A stretch of 64,000 nt of DNA from an uncultured cyanobacterium (GCA_963706595.1 OY970166.1:3968001-4032000); one strand, 5' to 3'; counted from the first letter of the stretch, positions 1 through 13,486 are shown. A program made the numbers and translations. Notes: generated by a model from the letters alone, not told the origin.

Positions 1-191
1 GTAGTTATAGCTACAAAAATTAGCCAATATATTTATTCTTTCTCATATTCAGAGATTCATCTGTTTCTCTAGGATGAATAATTGAAAATTATGATAAACA
101 AATAAACTGATAGCATTTCTGCAAGATTAACCAAGAATTTGATTATTTTGCTATTATTTTAAAGATTTTATCTTTCTCCAAAACGGCAGCA

Positions 192-680
192 ATGACCATC
201 CGCCATGCGAATGAGATTGATTTACCTGCAATAGTGGCAATTTATAATGCATCAATTCCCAGCCGCAAAGCCACAGCTGATTTAGAACCAGTTTCTGTAC
301 AAAGTCGCCGGGCTTGGTTTCAAGGGCGATCGCCTTTACAAAGACCAGTTTGGGTGATAGAAGTAGAAGGTATCGTTGTGGGCTGGCTGAGTTTTAAATC
401 ATTTTATGGACGGCCAGCTTATGATGCCACTGCCGAAATTAGTATTTATATTTCCCCATCTGTTCATGGACGTGGTTTAGGCGGACTACTCCTCGCCCAA
501 GCAGTTAGTCAAAGTCCAAATTTACGGATAAAAACGCTGTTGGGCTTTATTTTTGCCCACAATCAACCCAGCTTAAAGCTATTTGCCAAATTCGGGTTTC
601 AACAGTGGGGATATTTACCGCAAGTTGCAGAACTTGACGGTATAGAACGGGATTTAATAATTATGGGACTGCGAATTTAG
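192..680 (+). CDS. GNAT family N-acetyltransferase (phosphinothricin/methionine sulfoximine acetyltransferase-like)
   Basis: IYN, 'RPAY.TAEISIY', 'GRGLG' acetyl-CoA motif and 'N..SLKLF.KFGF' are typical of YncA/Pat GNATs. Confidence 0.88.
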   Translation: MTIRHANEIDLPAIVAIYNASIPSRKATADLEPVSVQSRRAWFQGRSPLQRPVWVIEVEGIVVGWLSFKSFYGRPAYDATAEISIYISPSVHGRGLGGLLLAQAVSQSPNLRIKTLLGFIFAHNQPSLKLFAKFGFQQWGYLPQVAELDGIERDLIIMGLRI

Positions 681-684
681 GTTT

Positions 685-1881
685 TTACTTTTTCTGCAAA
701 ATCCGGCGTTGACGCGAGTTCTGAGGCTGGGGTTTTCGCAATGGTACTACCTCCGCTTCACTACTCTCACGGGCTACCCGAATCAGCAAAGCCATACTTA
801 CTAAGCTGGAAATCATGGAATTACCACCATAACTAAACATGGGTAGTGGTAAACCTGTTGTGGGTAATGCACCTGTGGAAACAGCAATATGTAGTAAAGA
901 TTGTCCTATAATCACGATTGTGACACCGATGGCTACTAGTCGATTGACTGTATTCTTGGCTTTTAATGCCACGATTAATCCTAGTGTGGTGAATATAGCT
1001 AAGATCATCAACATGACAATACTGCCAGCAAAACCAAATTCTTCAGCAAACACGGCAAAAATAAAATCAGTGTCCTGAATTGGTAAATAAAACAGCTTTT
1101 GTTGGGAAAGCCCAAACCCAGCCCCCCAAGTTTGACCAGAACCTACTGCTAGCAAACTTTGTACTAGTTGGTAGCCATCACCTCTAGGGTCAGCCCAAGG
1201 ATCGAGAAATGACATGACACGTCTGCGCTGATACTCTTTCAGGCTAATACTCATTAACCCTAACATTAGCCCACCAGTTGCTGTTCCTCCCAAATATTTG
1301 TAAGGTAATCCAGCCGCTAAGGCAATTAACCAAATAGTCATCCCACAGAGTGCGGCTGTACTTAAGTTAGGCTGTGCCAGAATTCCTAATAGTACTAGAC
1401 AAAAAACACCCAACCAAGTTAAACGAATTGACCAACTCAACCGTTCCCATTGTCCAAACAGTCGCGCACTTTGCAGAACCAAAAAGGGTTTAATTAATTC
1501 TGAAGGTTGCAGGGGAATTGGCCCGATTGCTATCCAACGTGCTGCATCAAAAGCCTTTCTACCCAATCCTGGTATCAATGTCGCGAAGATTAACAGCAAA
1601 AACAGCGCGAGAAACCAATGAGTATTGCCCAACATTTTCCGTAAAGGAAGATTCACAATCATGTTGAATCCTATCAGGGCAACGAAGACCCAAGCAATTT
1701 GGCGCTTAAAGTAGTACAGTCCATCTCCTTGATTCGCTTCAGCTACGACATAGGATGCTGAAAACAGCATAATTAAGCCGACAAACAGCCAAATTAATGT
1801 TAACCAGCGTAGCAACCGCGCCTCTAAAGCCCAGGTGGAGACGGAATTATCAAAAATTGGAATCAGGTGGCGTAGATTCAC
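685..1881 (-). CDS. ftsW: SEDS family cell division protein FtsW
   Basis: Multi-TM protein with RWI.IG..LQPSE..K, QPNLST, LP..DTDFIFAV..EE.GF and LPTTGLPLP..SYGG motifs. Confidence 0.93.
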   Translation of the reverse strand: MNLRHLIPIFDNSVSTWALEARLLRWLTLIWLFVGLIMLFSASYVVAEANQGDGLYYFKRQIAWVFVALIGFNMIVNLPLRKMLGNTHWFLALFLLLIFATLIPGLGRKAFDAARWIAIGPIPLQPSELIKPFLVLQSARLFGQWERLSWSIRLTWLGVFCLVLLGILAQPNLSTAALCGMTIWLIALAAGLPYKYLGGTATGGLMLGLMSISLKEYQRRRVMSFLDPWADPRGDGYQLVQSLLAVGSGQTWGAGFGLSQQKLFYLPIQDTDFIFAVFAEEFGFAGSIVMLMILAIFTTLGLIVALKAKNTVNRLVAIGVTIVIIGQSLLHIAVSTGALPTTGLPLPMFSYGGNSMISSLVSMALLIRVARESSEAEVVPLRKPQPQNSRQRRILQKK

Positions 1882-2039
1882 GATTTGGTACAGTAATAAA
1901 TTAAAAATTAGAAGTAAAACTCATAACTCACAACTTATAACTCATAATTTGATACTCTGCTTGCACAGCACCATTAACATAAGCTGACGGAGACTGGTTT
2001 TTTGCTGTATTTACTTGGTTTAGCAAAATTTTCACAGTA

Positions 2040-2071
2040 GCGATCGGCAAAGCCGCACCGAAGGCGATCGC
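2040..2071. repeat. Short dispersed repeat inserted at a HIP1 site
   Basis: GCGATCG-GCAAAGCCGCACCGAAG-GCGATCGC; related copy in reverse orientation at 47959-47992. Confidence 0.6.
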
Positions 2072-2358
2072 TTGTTCCTGCCAAGTTTACCACAATTTCA
2101 CAGTTACCAACTTGCAAGCGATCGCCATCTCTGAGAGGTTGTTTTAAAAGTGTTCGACTATTTAATGCTATGTTCCAGTAAAATTACATTAGTATTTATA
2201 TTATGTATAATTTAAAAATATTAGTTAAGTATAGTCAGGTCTATGGCAGTGTCAAAACAAGAGGTTAAGTTAATTAATTGGCAAAATTACACACAACAAA
2301 AAAGAGGCCTATCTTGACCTCTTGACAACTCCCTAGAATGATGTTCGTTATATATTAA

Positions 2359-2565
2359 TTAAAGCAACCCAGCGTTAGTACCTTGCTTACCAGTTGCTAA
2401 TTCTACCTTCACAATTTTGCCACCCATTTTTTGAATGCGTTGCTGTTCGCGAAACCAGTTTTCGTAAGGAACTAGCTTGGTGAAGTAAGTATTTTGCAAC
2501 TCTCTTTGAGTACGAATGCGGGATTGGCTGGGGACACAAGCAGTAACTTTAAACAAACGAGCCAT
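2359..2565 (-). CDS. apcC: Phycobilisome small core linker LC7.8
   Basis: RLFKVTACVPSQ.RIRTQRELQNTYFTKLVPY; lies downstream of apcB. Confidence 0.98.
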   Translation of the reverse strand: MARLFKVTACVPSQSRIRTQRELQNTYFTKLVPYENWFREQQRIQKMGGKIVKVELATGKQGTNAGLL

Positions 2566-2661
2566 ATCTTAAATCTCCTACGGTGATTGTGAAAAGTTTT
2601 TTATTACAAACAAAAGTGGGAGTGTATATTTCTATGCAAATATTTAAATTAATCACTCCAA

Positions 2662-2752
2662 GTCTGGAAATCAACTATCAATACTAGACCGCTAACACTC
2701 ATTCACAATATAAGCAATAAAACGTTCTAACACTCACAATTGATTTCCAGAC
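2662..2752 (-). other. Long-range inverted repeat (putative mRNA stem-loop) between apcB and apcC
   Basis: GTCTGGAAATCAA (2662-2674) is a perfect reverse complement of TTGATTTCCAGAC (2740-2752). Confidence 0.6.
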
Positions 2753-2794
2753 CTTAATAAAGCCGCACCTAATGTATTAAGTGCCAACTAACTC

Positions 2795-3280
2795 TTAGCT
2801 CAAGCCAGAGGAGATATAGTCTAAGTAAACGCCCATTTCTTTACCAGCATCGGGGCCGACTAAGCTAGCGGTTACTTCTTTGATAGCTTGGATAGCTTGT
2901 ACAGTAGCGCCTACGGGAACACCCAAGGAGTTGTAGGTTTCTTTCAAGCCATTCAATACGCGCTCGTCTAGGATCGAAGGATCGCCAGCTAGCATAGCGT
3001 AGGTTGAATAACGTAGGTAGTAGTCCAAATCGCGGATGCAAGCAGCATAGCGACGGGTGGTGTACATATTTCCACCGGGACGGGTGATGTCAGAGTATAA
3101 CAAGGACTTAGCTACTGCTTCTTTAACGATCGCAGCTGCGTTAGCACTAATAGCTGTAGCAGCGCGCACGCGTAGTTCACCAGTTACGAAGTAGCCTTTG
3201 AGCTTTTCTAGAGCCGCAGTATCCAAGTATTTACCTTGAACGTCTGAAGCATTAATGACAGAGGTAATTGCGTCTTGCAT
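2795..3280 (-). CDS. apcB: Allophycocyanin beta subunit
   Basis: [37 protein letters not shown]. Confidence 0.99.
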   Translation of the reverse strand: MQDAITSVINASDVQGKYLDTAALEKLKGYFVTGELRVRAATAISANAAAIVKEAVAKSLLYSDITRPGGNMYTTRRYAACIRDLDYYLRYSTYAMLAGDPSILDERVLNGLKETYNSLGVPVGATVQAIQAIKEVTASLVGPDAGKEMGVYLDYISSGLS

Positions 3281-3349
3281 GTTGTTCTTTCCTTATTTCC
3301 AACCTGATTGCAATAGTTGTGTTTCAGCAGCAGTAAAAACAGCTTCAGC

Positions 3350-3835
3350 TTACTGCATCGCACCGACTAGGTAATCGAAGTAAGCGCCAGCTTCACCAGA
3401 GTCTTCAGCAGACAACAAGGTAGCAGCAACATTCTTCATCGCGTTAACGCCACCAGCCACAGCGTCAATAGGAGTGCCGAGAGACTTGTACATTTCACGC
3501 ACACCCACAACACCGATTTCTTCGATGGGGGTAACATCACCGGAAACAATTCCGTAGGTGACAAGGCGGAGGTAGTAGTCTAAGTCGCGCAGACAAGTAG
3601 CGGTCATTTCTTGGCCGTAAGCGTTTCCACCAGGAGAAACAACATCAGGGCGTTTTTGGAACAACTGATCACCAGCTTGCTTAACAATGCGCTCGCGGTT
3701 TTCGGTCAAAATTTGAGCGATGCGGAGGCGACGTTCACCACCGGAAACAAAGCTTTTGATCCGATCCAGTTCGCCGGGGCTAAGGTAGCGGGCTTCTGCA
3801 TCAGCATTCACGATGGACTTCGTGACGATACTCAT
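3350..3835 (-). CDS. apcA: Allophycocyanin alpha subunit
   Basis: [37 protein letters not shown]. Confidence 0.99.
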   Translation of the reverse strand: MSIVTKSIVNADAEARYLSPGELDRIKSFVSGGERRLRIAQILTENRERIVKQAGDQLFQKRPDVVSPGGNAYGQEMTATCLRDLDYYLRLVTYGIVSGDVTPIEEIGVVGVREMYKSLGTPIDAVAGGVNAMKNVAATLLSAEDSGEAGAYFDYLVGAMQ

Positions 3836-4124
3836 TAATGGATTCCTCCAGTACTAATGAAACCAGAATTTGAAGAAACTGGTGAGACTTTAATTGGTGT
3901 AGAAGTAGCTTTCTGTTCTCGTCGCTTGAGAGAAAACAATTAAATAATTGCCATAGCTATCGCATGACGAGTTAGAGAGAAAACTCAACTACCTTCCGCA
4001 AAACATTTTCCGGCATTCTGTCGGGCATTTATGACTGTTCTTAATACTTTGTAATATTAATTTTCAGATTTAACAGCCATTTTTTGCCGGAAAGCTTTAT
4101 TACACAAGGCGATGAGGGAAAAGA

Positions 4125-4346
4125 GGCAGGGGAGCAGGGAGCAGGGAGCAGGGGGAAAACTTCAATTAAGCATTTCTTCCTCTTCTTTCTTCCCTTGGCG
4201 CTCTTGGCGTACTTGGCGGTTCGTTAAAAAAAAATGACTTTCATCTTTAACCGAACCGAATAAAGCTCCAATTTCCAAACCTCGGTAAGGGCGGGTTTAT
4301 TAAGATCCTCGTTCATTTTGAATGATATCTGTGAACCCGCCCCTAC
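4125..4346. repeat. Cluster of short repeats in the apcE-apcA intergenic region
   Basis: (GCAGGGA)n heptamers near 4125-4156; (CTTGGCG..)3 nonamers + GTTCGTTAAAAAA near 4193-4233 (near-identical copy near 39594-39633); inverted pair GTAAGGGCGGGTTT ... AACCCGCCCCTAC at about 4285-4345. Confidence 0.65.
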
Positions 4347-4358
4347 AAGCGTTAACTC

Positions 4359-7787
<3,429 letters not shown>

Positions 7788-8278
7788 TTAATTTATCTAT
7801 GTGTTAAATCTGGGTTGTTTTGAGGCTTGACACATTGGTGTGAGCATGGACTAAGAGTGCTACCTGCAAAACTGCCAGTAAGTTAACCCAGTTAGCTTTA
7901 GATTAAAACGTTTTGCGTTGACGCTGGTGATTTATTAAGAAGTATGTACAATCTGCAATCCAAATGGGTTATCTGGAATGAGTACATATTCTCTCTGGGC
8001 GAAAATTACCATTATTTTGTATCCTATCGTACAAAGTCACAATCATACTTTGTAACAAAATTAGTATTTTTTAATATAATTTAATATTTAGCTAAGTTTT
8101 GTTTAAGTAGGGTGGGTTAGACGGCTACAAAACTTTGGAAAACACTGAAAATGTATTTCCGTTGTAACCCACCTTTAAGGCTAATGACGCGAAATCCCCC
8201 GGAATTTAGTCGGGGAATGTGCTTAACATCCAGCATCAATTTCATGTAGGTAACAAAAGTGGAATTACATCGCAGCAT

Positions 8279-8722
8279 TTATTGCTTCATAGTTAAAGAA
8301 GTATCCTTAATTTTCAGCTTATTTACAATACTTTCCTCCAAAAGATGATACAGGAAATGAGGAGTTGTTAAATTAGCTGAATGTAATAGTTTTTGATAAG
8401 CTTCACAAGCTGTTTGATCATTTAAAATCCGGTTATGTATGATTCTTGTCCATTCGGGTGCAGTTATCATTAATTGGGGTAAAACTTTAATAAATGCTGC
8501 AATTTGTTTTTCTACATGGAAAGATTCCAGAAAATGAATTAAGCTAAACATCACTTCTGGCTGTTCACATTGATCATTTAAAATCAGATGATATGCAGAT
8601 AAATTATCGTCATCTGGATGATTAGCAATTTCAACTAAAGCATTTTCAAATTGTGTAACTTGCGCTGCTGTTTGCATTAAACAATTTTCTTTGAGAATTG
8701 CCAGTAAATCATCTTGATTCAA
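8279..8722 (-). CDS. All-alpha hypothetical protein, probably Imm30-family immunity protein
   Basis: 'L.L.D.CEQPEVMFSLIHFLESF' and 'APEW..IIH.RILND' pattern recalled for Imm30; TTG start; directly downstream of the TerY-P genes. Confidence 0.6.
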   Translation of the reverse strand: MNQDDLLAILKENCLMQTAAQVTQFENALVEIANHPDDDNLSAYHLILNDQCEQPEVMFSLIHFLESFHVEKQIAAFIKVLPQLMITAPEWTRIIHNRILNDQTACEAYQKLLHSANLTTPHFLYHLLEESIVNKLKIKDTSLTMKQ

Positions 8723-8903
8723 ATAAGTCTCTATAAGTCCCTCCCTTTCCTTCTCCTGGAATCAGTTGAAGTTGATAATTAGTAATTTATTTACTTCTGA
8801 TTGGTGAAAAAACATAATTTCAGATATTTATCGCTACAAATTTAAAAGCCAAATTTAGCAAAAAAATAGATAATAGATGATAAAATGCTATAAATACTCA
8901 TTT

Positions 8904-10901
8904 TTAGTATGTGATTCGCCAAATCTTGATAGTGTTGTCCTCACTACCACTAGCAAGGGTTTTACCATCTAGGCTGAATGCTACAGAATGAACCAAGTTG
9001 GAATGCCCAGATAGGGTTTGAAGTAGTTTTCCTGTAGTCACTTCCCACAGTTTGATAGTGTTGTCAGAACTCCCACTAGCAATAGTTTTACCATCTGGAC
9101 TGTAGAATACAGAATTAACTGATTTGGAATGCCCAGATAGAGTTTGGAGTAGTTTTCCTGTAGTCACTTCCCACAGTTTGATAGTGTTGTCAGAACTCCC
9201 ACTAGCAATGGTTTTACCATCTGGACTGTAGAATACAGAATTAACTGATTGAGAATGCCCAGGTAGGGTTTGAAGTAGTTTTCCAGTAGTCACTTCCCAC
9301 AGTTTGATAGTGTTATCCCAACTTCCACTAACAAGGGTTTTACCATCTGGACTGAATGCTACACAATTAACACCCCCTCTATGATTTTTGAGAGTTGAAA
9401 TACTTATTACTTTAGTCATATCCCAAATCTTAATAATTGTGTCACGACTCCCAGTGGCAAGATTTTTGCCATTAGGACTGAACGCTACAGAATTAACAGG
9501 CTTAGAATGATAAGTTAGGGTTTCTAGTATTTCTCCTCTAAGCTTATTCCATATCTTATTAATATTTCTGATTATAGCCTTGTTCCCAGTGCCAATAGCA
9601 AGAGTTTTACCATCAAGACTGAATGCTACAGAGTTAACCGACTCAGGATGACGTTTTTGTTTGAAGGTGTCAAGTAAGTTTCCTTTAGCCACATCCCATA
9701 TCTTGACACTGTTATCCCAACTTCCACTAGCAAGGATTTGTCCGTCGGGGCTGAACGTTACAGAAGTAACGGACTTAGAATGATCATTTAGGGTGTGTAT
9801 TAGTTGTCCTATTATCTTATTGTTAAAAAATTGCGGTTGTGATGTAGATTCAACTACAGCAGCTGAATCTACTTTAACAACTCCAGGAAAAATCTCAACA
9901 CCAAGATTTGTAGAGCGATCGCACCAATAGCATTTACCATAAGTTTGGCTATAGTAGTGACCATCTATCCTTTCACATGGCATCAGACTATTACTAGCAA
10001 CTTTTAACGCCGCTAACCATTCCCTAGCCGTAGGGCGTAAATGAGGATTTTTATGCCCATCATTAAAGCATCTCAGAAAACATCGCTGAATCTCTGGATG
10101 TACAATTTCAATCGGAATTGTTCTCTCCACAGGTTGAAACGGGCTGTTTAGTGCATACAGCCATAAACCCTGACAGATAAGTTCATCGATTTCTGGAGTT
10201 TCCCCCGCACCTATCCACTTTCCCCCAAAAGGACTTTCACCACCAAATAATAATTGATAGATAATGACTGCTAACCGAAAACGGTCATGTATTTCCGTTT
10301 GGTCAATATTAGAAAAGTCCTTACCAATCAGTTCTGGTGGTGTATATCCCTCAGAACCTACCAAACAACGATAAACTTTACCATTTTGGGGATGACGAAC
10401 CTGAAAAGAATCTGTATCAATAATTGAAGGTAGAGCTTGATTATTAACCAAAATATTTTGCTGCTTGATGTCACCCAATACATAACCATAATAATGAAGT
10501 GCAGCAATAATTGAGGCGATATTCTGTGCTGTTGTGTGCAGAAAACGCCAATCAACCTGAAGTTTTAACCTCTTGCGACGCTGGGGATTATATATATCAA
10601 GAAGTTCTTTTGCGCCCTTAATTTCTGGCATCAAAAAGCCCACACAATCACCCTCAGCATTTTTCAGCGATGACTTAGGCCAAGCAAAAGAAATATGATT
10701 GAGGTGGGAATTTGGCTCTGTGGGTGGGTGCGCTGTCATCACAGCTAATTTCTGCACCCTTTCAAGTGTGGACGAGTGGTAAATTTTGGCTAAATAACCA
10801 TTGTCATTAGTTCGCCAAACCTTACCTTCACCACTATTAGCCAGAGGTTCACCCACAAGAGTGATTGATTTACCCGTACTACCACAAATGAGACGCGTCA
10901 T
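8904..10901 (-). CDS. TerY-P triad Ser/Thr kinase (YegI-like) fused to a 7-bladed WD40 beta-propeller
   Basis: SGEG.V loop, AKIY, 'GDIKQQNILV', 'IDTDSFQ', 'GYTPPEL', C..H..CxWC zinc ribbon, then seven H...D..(I/L)W repeats. Confidence 0.88.
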   Translation of the reverse strand: MTRLICGSTGKSITLVGEPLANSGEGKVWRTNDNGYLAKIYHSSTLERVQKLAVMTAHPPTEPNSHLNHISFAWPKSSLKNAEGDCVGFLMPEIKGAKELLDIYNPQRRKRLKLQVDWRFLHTTAQNIASIIAALHYYGYVLGDIKQQNILVNNQALPSIIDTDSFQVRHPQNGKVYRCLVGSEGYTPPELIGKDFSNIDQTEIHDRFRLAVIIYQLLFGGESPFGGKWIGAGETPEIDELICQGLWLYALNSPFQPVERTIPIEIVHPEIQRCFLRCFNDGHKNPHLRPTAREWLAALKVASNSLMPCERIDGHYYSQTYGKCYWCDRSTNLGVEIFPGVVKVDSAAVVESTSQPQFFNNKIIGQLIHTLNDHSKSVTSVTFSPDGQILASGSWDNSVKIWDVAKGNLLDTFKQKRHPESVNSVAFSLDGKTLAIGTGNKAIIRNINKIWNKLRGEILETLTYHSKPVNSVAFSPNGKNLATGSRDTIIKIWDMTKVISISTLKNHRGGVNCVAFSPDGKTLVSGSWDNTIKLWEVTTGKLLQTLPGHSQSVNSVFYSPDGKTIASGSSDNTIKLWEVTTGKLLQTLSGHSKSVNSVFYSPDGKTIASGSSDNTIKLWEVTTGKLLQTLSGHSNLVHSVAFSLDGKTLASGSEDNTIKIWRITY
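8929..9350 (-). repeat. Near-identical 126-bp tandem DNA repeats encoding WD40 blades
   Basis: GATAGTGTT(G/A)TC recurs at about 8929, 9055, 9180 and 9306; blades 5 and 6 are almost identical (KTIASGSSDNTIKLWEVTTGKLLQTLSGHS). Confidence 0.85.
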
Positions 10902-10907
10902 GGAATA

Positions 10908-11684
10908 TTAATTTTTTTCCCAAAGACACAATAGCAAAGTTTTATCATCATCAGTGCGAGCATTTAGCCGTTCCGATTTGAGGAAATTAACGAGATATTC
11001 CGCTTCATCCTCTGGATTAGCTGTTTCTTCTAAGTATTCTTCAAAAGGCTTAAAGAATGGTGAAAAAGGTTTCCAATCACTCATGCGAATTGCTAATTTC
11101 TCCAGTCCATCAGTAGAAGCACAAATAAACTTTTGTGGCTCTGAAATCACCTTTATCTGCATTTCCGCTAGTGCATCTCTGGAAGTAATAAAAGTGGTTT
11201 CATTAGCAAACTCACCCTTATCTGGTTGAAACAACAATTGATAATCTTCTGAGTCTTGGGGACGCACCACTATAAATCCATCCCCAATTTGCATAGCACC
11301 CAACCAATGGGGAGTAGCTATAAAAACCAAGAGTGTACAAGCTAAATCATTGATATCATAATCTTTTTCATCTGCTAATTGGCGTAACTGTGCAATTACT
11401 TTTTTGACAATTTCAGCAAAAACATTCTCAGTTTGTTTTTGGGAAAGTGGCTGAGAAAAGCCTTGTTGATCAGAAATTTGATTAATGCTTTCAAAGCAAT
11501 TGAGTACAGTTTCGACCGCTAATTTAGAACCCACATCAGAATATTTAGCACTACCAGCACCATCAGCAATCACTCCCACAATCACATCCTGAAAGATGCG
11601 ATATTTTCCATAGTCTTGACAAGGTAATTCTTGGCTTTGATGACTCGTTCCCACGTCATAACGAGCAATTGCTTTCCAACCCAC
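10908..11684 (-). CDS. TerY-P triad PP2C-like phosphatase (YegK-like)
   Basis: G.SH....PCQD, ADGAGSA, ACTL, QIGDG, GEFANETTF, TDG and DDKT motifs. Confidence 0.9.
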   Translation of the reverse strand: MGWKAIARYDVGTSHQSQELPCQDYGKYRIFQDVIVGVIADGAGSAKYSDVGSKLAVETVLNCFESINQISDQQGFSQPLSQKQTENVFAEIVKKVIAQLRQLADEKDYDINDLACTLLVFIATPHWLGAMQIGDGFIVVRPQDSEDYQLLFQPDKGEFANETTFITSRDALAEMQIKVISEPQKFICASTDGLEKLAIRMSDWKPFSPFFKPFEEYLEETANPEDEAEYLVNFLKSERLNARTDDDKTLLLCLWEKN

Positions 11685-11701
11685 GATAAACCCTCAAAAA
11701 T

Positions 11702-12364
11702 CTAAGTGGTAATTTGTCCCCATCCCACAGCAGGTAATGCTACAGCTTCCCCAACTTTGCCACTAGAAACCCGTTTCATGGAAGTGGAAAGCCAAACAAA
11801 CAGTGAGCGAAAGTCTAAACCATTCAGCATGACTGGGGGATGCTTTGTGCTAAGTTGTCGTAAAACGTTAAAATCAGCACCTTGTACGCCTACGGAAAAA
11901 AAACACAATCTCTTCTTACTTTCAGCTTTTTTAAGTAGTTGCGCCGCATTGTTCAATTTAGCCTTATCCGTAGGCACTCCATCGGTAATTAGAAATACCC
12001 AAGGACGGTAATATAAAATGCCATTATCTTTGTATGTTTTCTTCCGGTTTTCCAATAAATTCAAACCAGACTCGATAGCTTCACCCATTGGTGTTAAACC
12101 ATCTGCTTTTAACTGTGGTGGCGTAAAGTGTTCAATATTGACAAAATCTTGTGTTAGCTGCACAGAACTACCGAAAGTGACAATAGCCACTTCTACGCTC
12201 AGTGCTGCTTGGGAATCTTTTACTACATCTTCTTTGAAAGCAGCCAGTCCGCGATTCAACTCTTGAATGGGTTCTCCTGACATAGAGCCAGATACATCTA
12301 GCAATAAAATTACTGGGCAACGAGTTTCCGGATTTTCAACGAATTCAGGCAGTCCTACTGGCAT
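11702..12364 (-). CDS. terY: TerY-type von Willebrand A domain protein (YegL-like)
   Basis: ENPE.RCPV.LLLDVSGSM.G (MIDAS), GLTPMG.A, YYRPWVFLITDG.PTD; start placed at ATG 12364 (MPVGLPEF). Confidence 0.9.
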   Translation of the reverse strand: MPVGLPEFVENPETRCPVILLLDVSGSMSGEPIQELNRGLAAFKEDVVKDSQAALSVEVAIVTFGSSVQLTQDFVNIEHFTPPQLKADGLTPMGEAIESGLNLLENRKKTYKDNGILYYRPWVFLITDGVPTDKAKLNNAAQLLKKAESKKRLCFFSVGVQGADFNVLRQLSTKHPPVMLNGLDFRSLFVWLSTSMKRVSSGKVGEAVALPAVGWGQITT

Positions 12365-12524
12365 TTGGATACTCCTGGTTAAGCACAATTAGATGCTAAA
12401 TATTTAATGAATATTTTTCCTTGTTGTGTATAATTTAACATAAACATTCGTATAAATCTATGGAATTAGCGCTCTTTTATGAGTCTCGTTGTGCAGAAAT
12501 TATCAACCCTCATGAAATGGAAAG

Positions 12525-12611
12525 GACTAAAGTCCTTACTACGAACTTTTATTCAATCAAGGTATATCATAGCCCCCTCCTCGCTTGCGGGGAGGGGGTT
12601 GGGGGTGGGGT
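12525..12611. repeat. Two adjacent palindromic dispersed repeats
   Basis: GGACTAAAGTCCTTACTACGAAC (related copy near 62440-62464) and CCCCCTCCTCGCTTGCGGGGAGGGGGTTGGGGGTGGGG hairpin. Confidence 0.6.
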
Positions 12612-12727
12612 TCTTGTATCTAACTCAACCGAGAAACGCTATAAAGGCAATTATTAATAAAGCTTCAGAGATTTATTAGTTGTGAAAACAGAAAGTTAAA
12701 ATTATTCAAGAACAGAAATATGGGGAG

Positions 12728-13486
12728 TTGAGCAAAATGTATCAAGTAGACCCGCCCTTACCTCCTACAGAAACACTGCCAACCATGTATGACTTGCCCA
12801 GCGAAAATCAGGAGGAACCAGGTTTGCCAGATGAATTTCACCTTCTCCAACCTGAGTTACTCCGCATGACTTTTCGTCCGCCTAGTTATGCTGAGGATAA
12901 TATTTTTACAGCTAGTGATTTAAACTTATACTATGATCCTCATCATCCCCAATGGTATAAACGCCCCGATTGGTTTGCCGTTTTGGGAGCATCGCGTTTT
13001 TATAATCAAACAGAATTGCGATTAAGTTATGTTACTTGGCAAGAGGGAATTAATCCTTTTGTAGCAGTTGAACTAATATCACCAGGGACAGAAGCGGAAG
13101 ATTTAGGGCGAAGTTTACGGGAGGTGAATCAACCGCCTAATAAATGGTCTGTGTATGAGCGAATTTTAAGAGTTCCCTATTATTTTGTCTTCAACCGTTA
13201 CACTAATGAGTTTCACTGTTTTGGTTTAATGATGAACCGCTATCAACCTCTTTCTGTAAATGGATTAGGGGTGTGGTTAGAGCCAGCAGAGTTAGGTTTA
13301 GGATTATGGGATGGAGAATATCAAGGATTAAAAAGACTGTGGCTGCGTTGGTATGATCAAGACAATAATTGGTTACTCACACCCGTAGAACAGGAAAAAC
13401 AACGGGCTGATTCTGCCGAGTTAGAAAATGCTAAGTTGCGGCAATTGTTACTTGAACAAGGAATCAGTTTACCAAATGGTGAATAA
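12728..13486 (+). CDS. Uma2 family (PD-(D/E)xK) endonuclease-like protein
   Basis: LPTMYDLPSE..EEPGLPDEFH, RPDWF.V, VELISPGT, C-terminal coiled coil; real start may be ATG 12737. Confidence 0.9.
   Translation: MSKMYQVDPPLPPTETLPTMYDLPSENQEEPGLPDEFHLLQPELLRMTFRPPSYAEDNIFTASDLNLYYDPHHPQWYKRPDWFAVLGASRFYNQTELRLSYVTWQEGINPFVAVELISPGTEAEDLGRSLREVNQPPNKWSVYERILRVPYYFVFNRYTNEFHCFGLMMNRYQPLSVNGLGVWLEPAELGLGLWDGEYQGLKRLWLRWYDQDNNWLLTPVEQEKQRADSAELENAKLRQLLLEQGISLPNGE

Noticed and set aside
12460..12679. Two short overlapping ORFs
   Set aside because: Built largely from dispersed palindromic repeats; no recognisable protein
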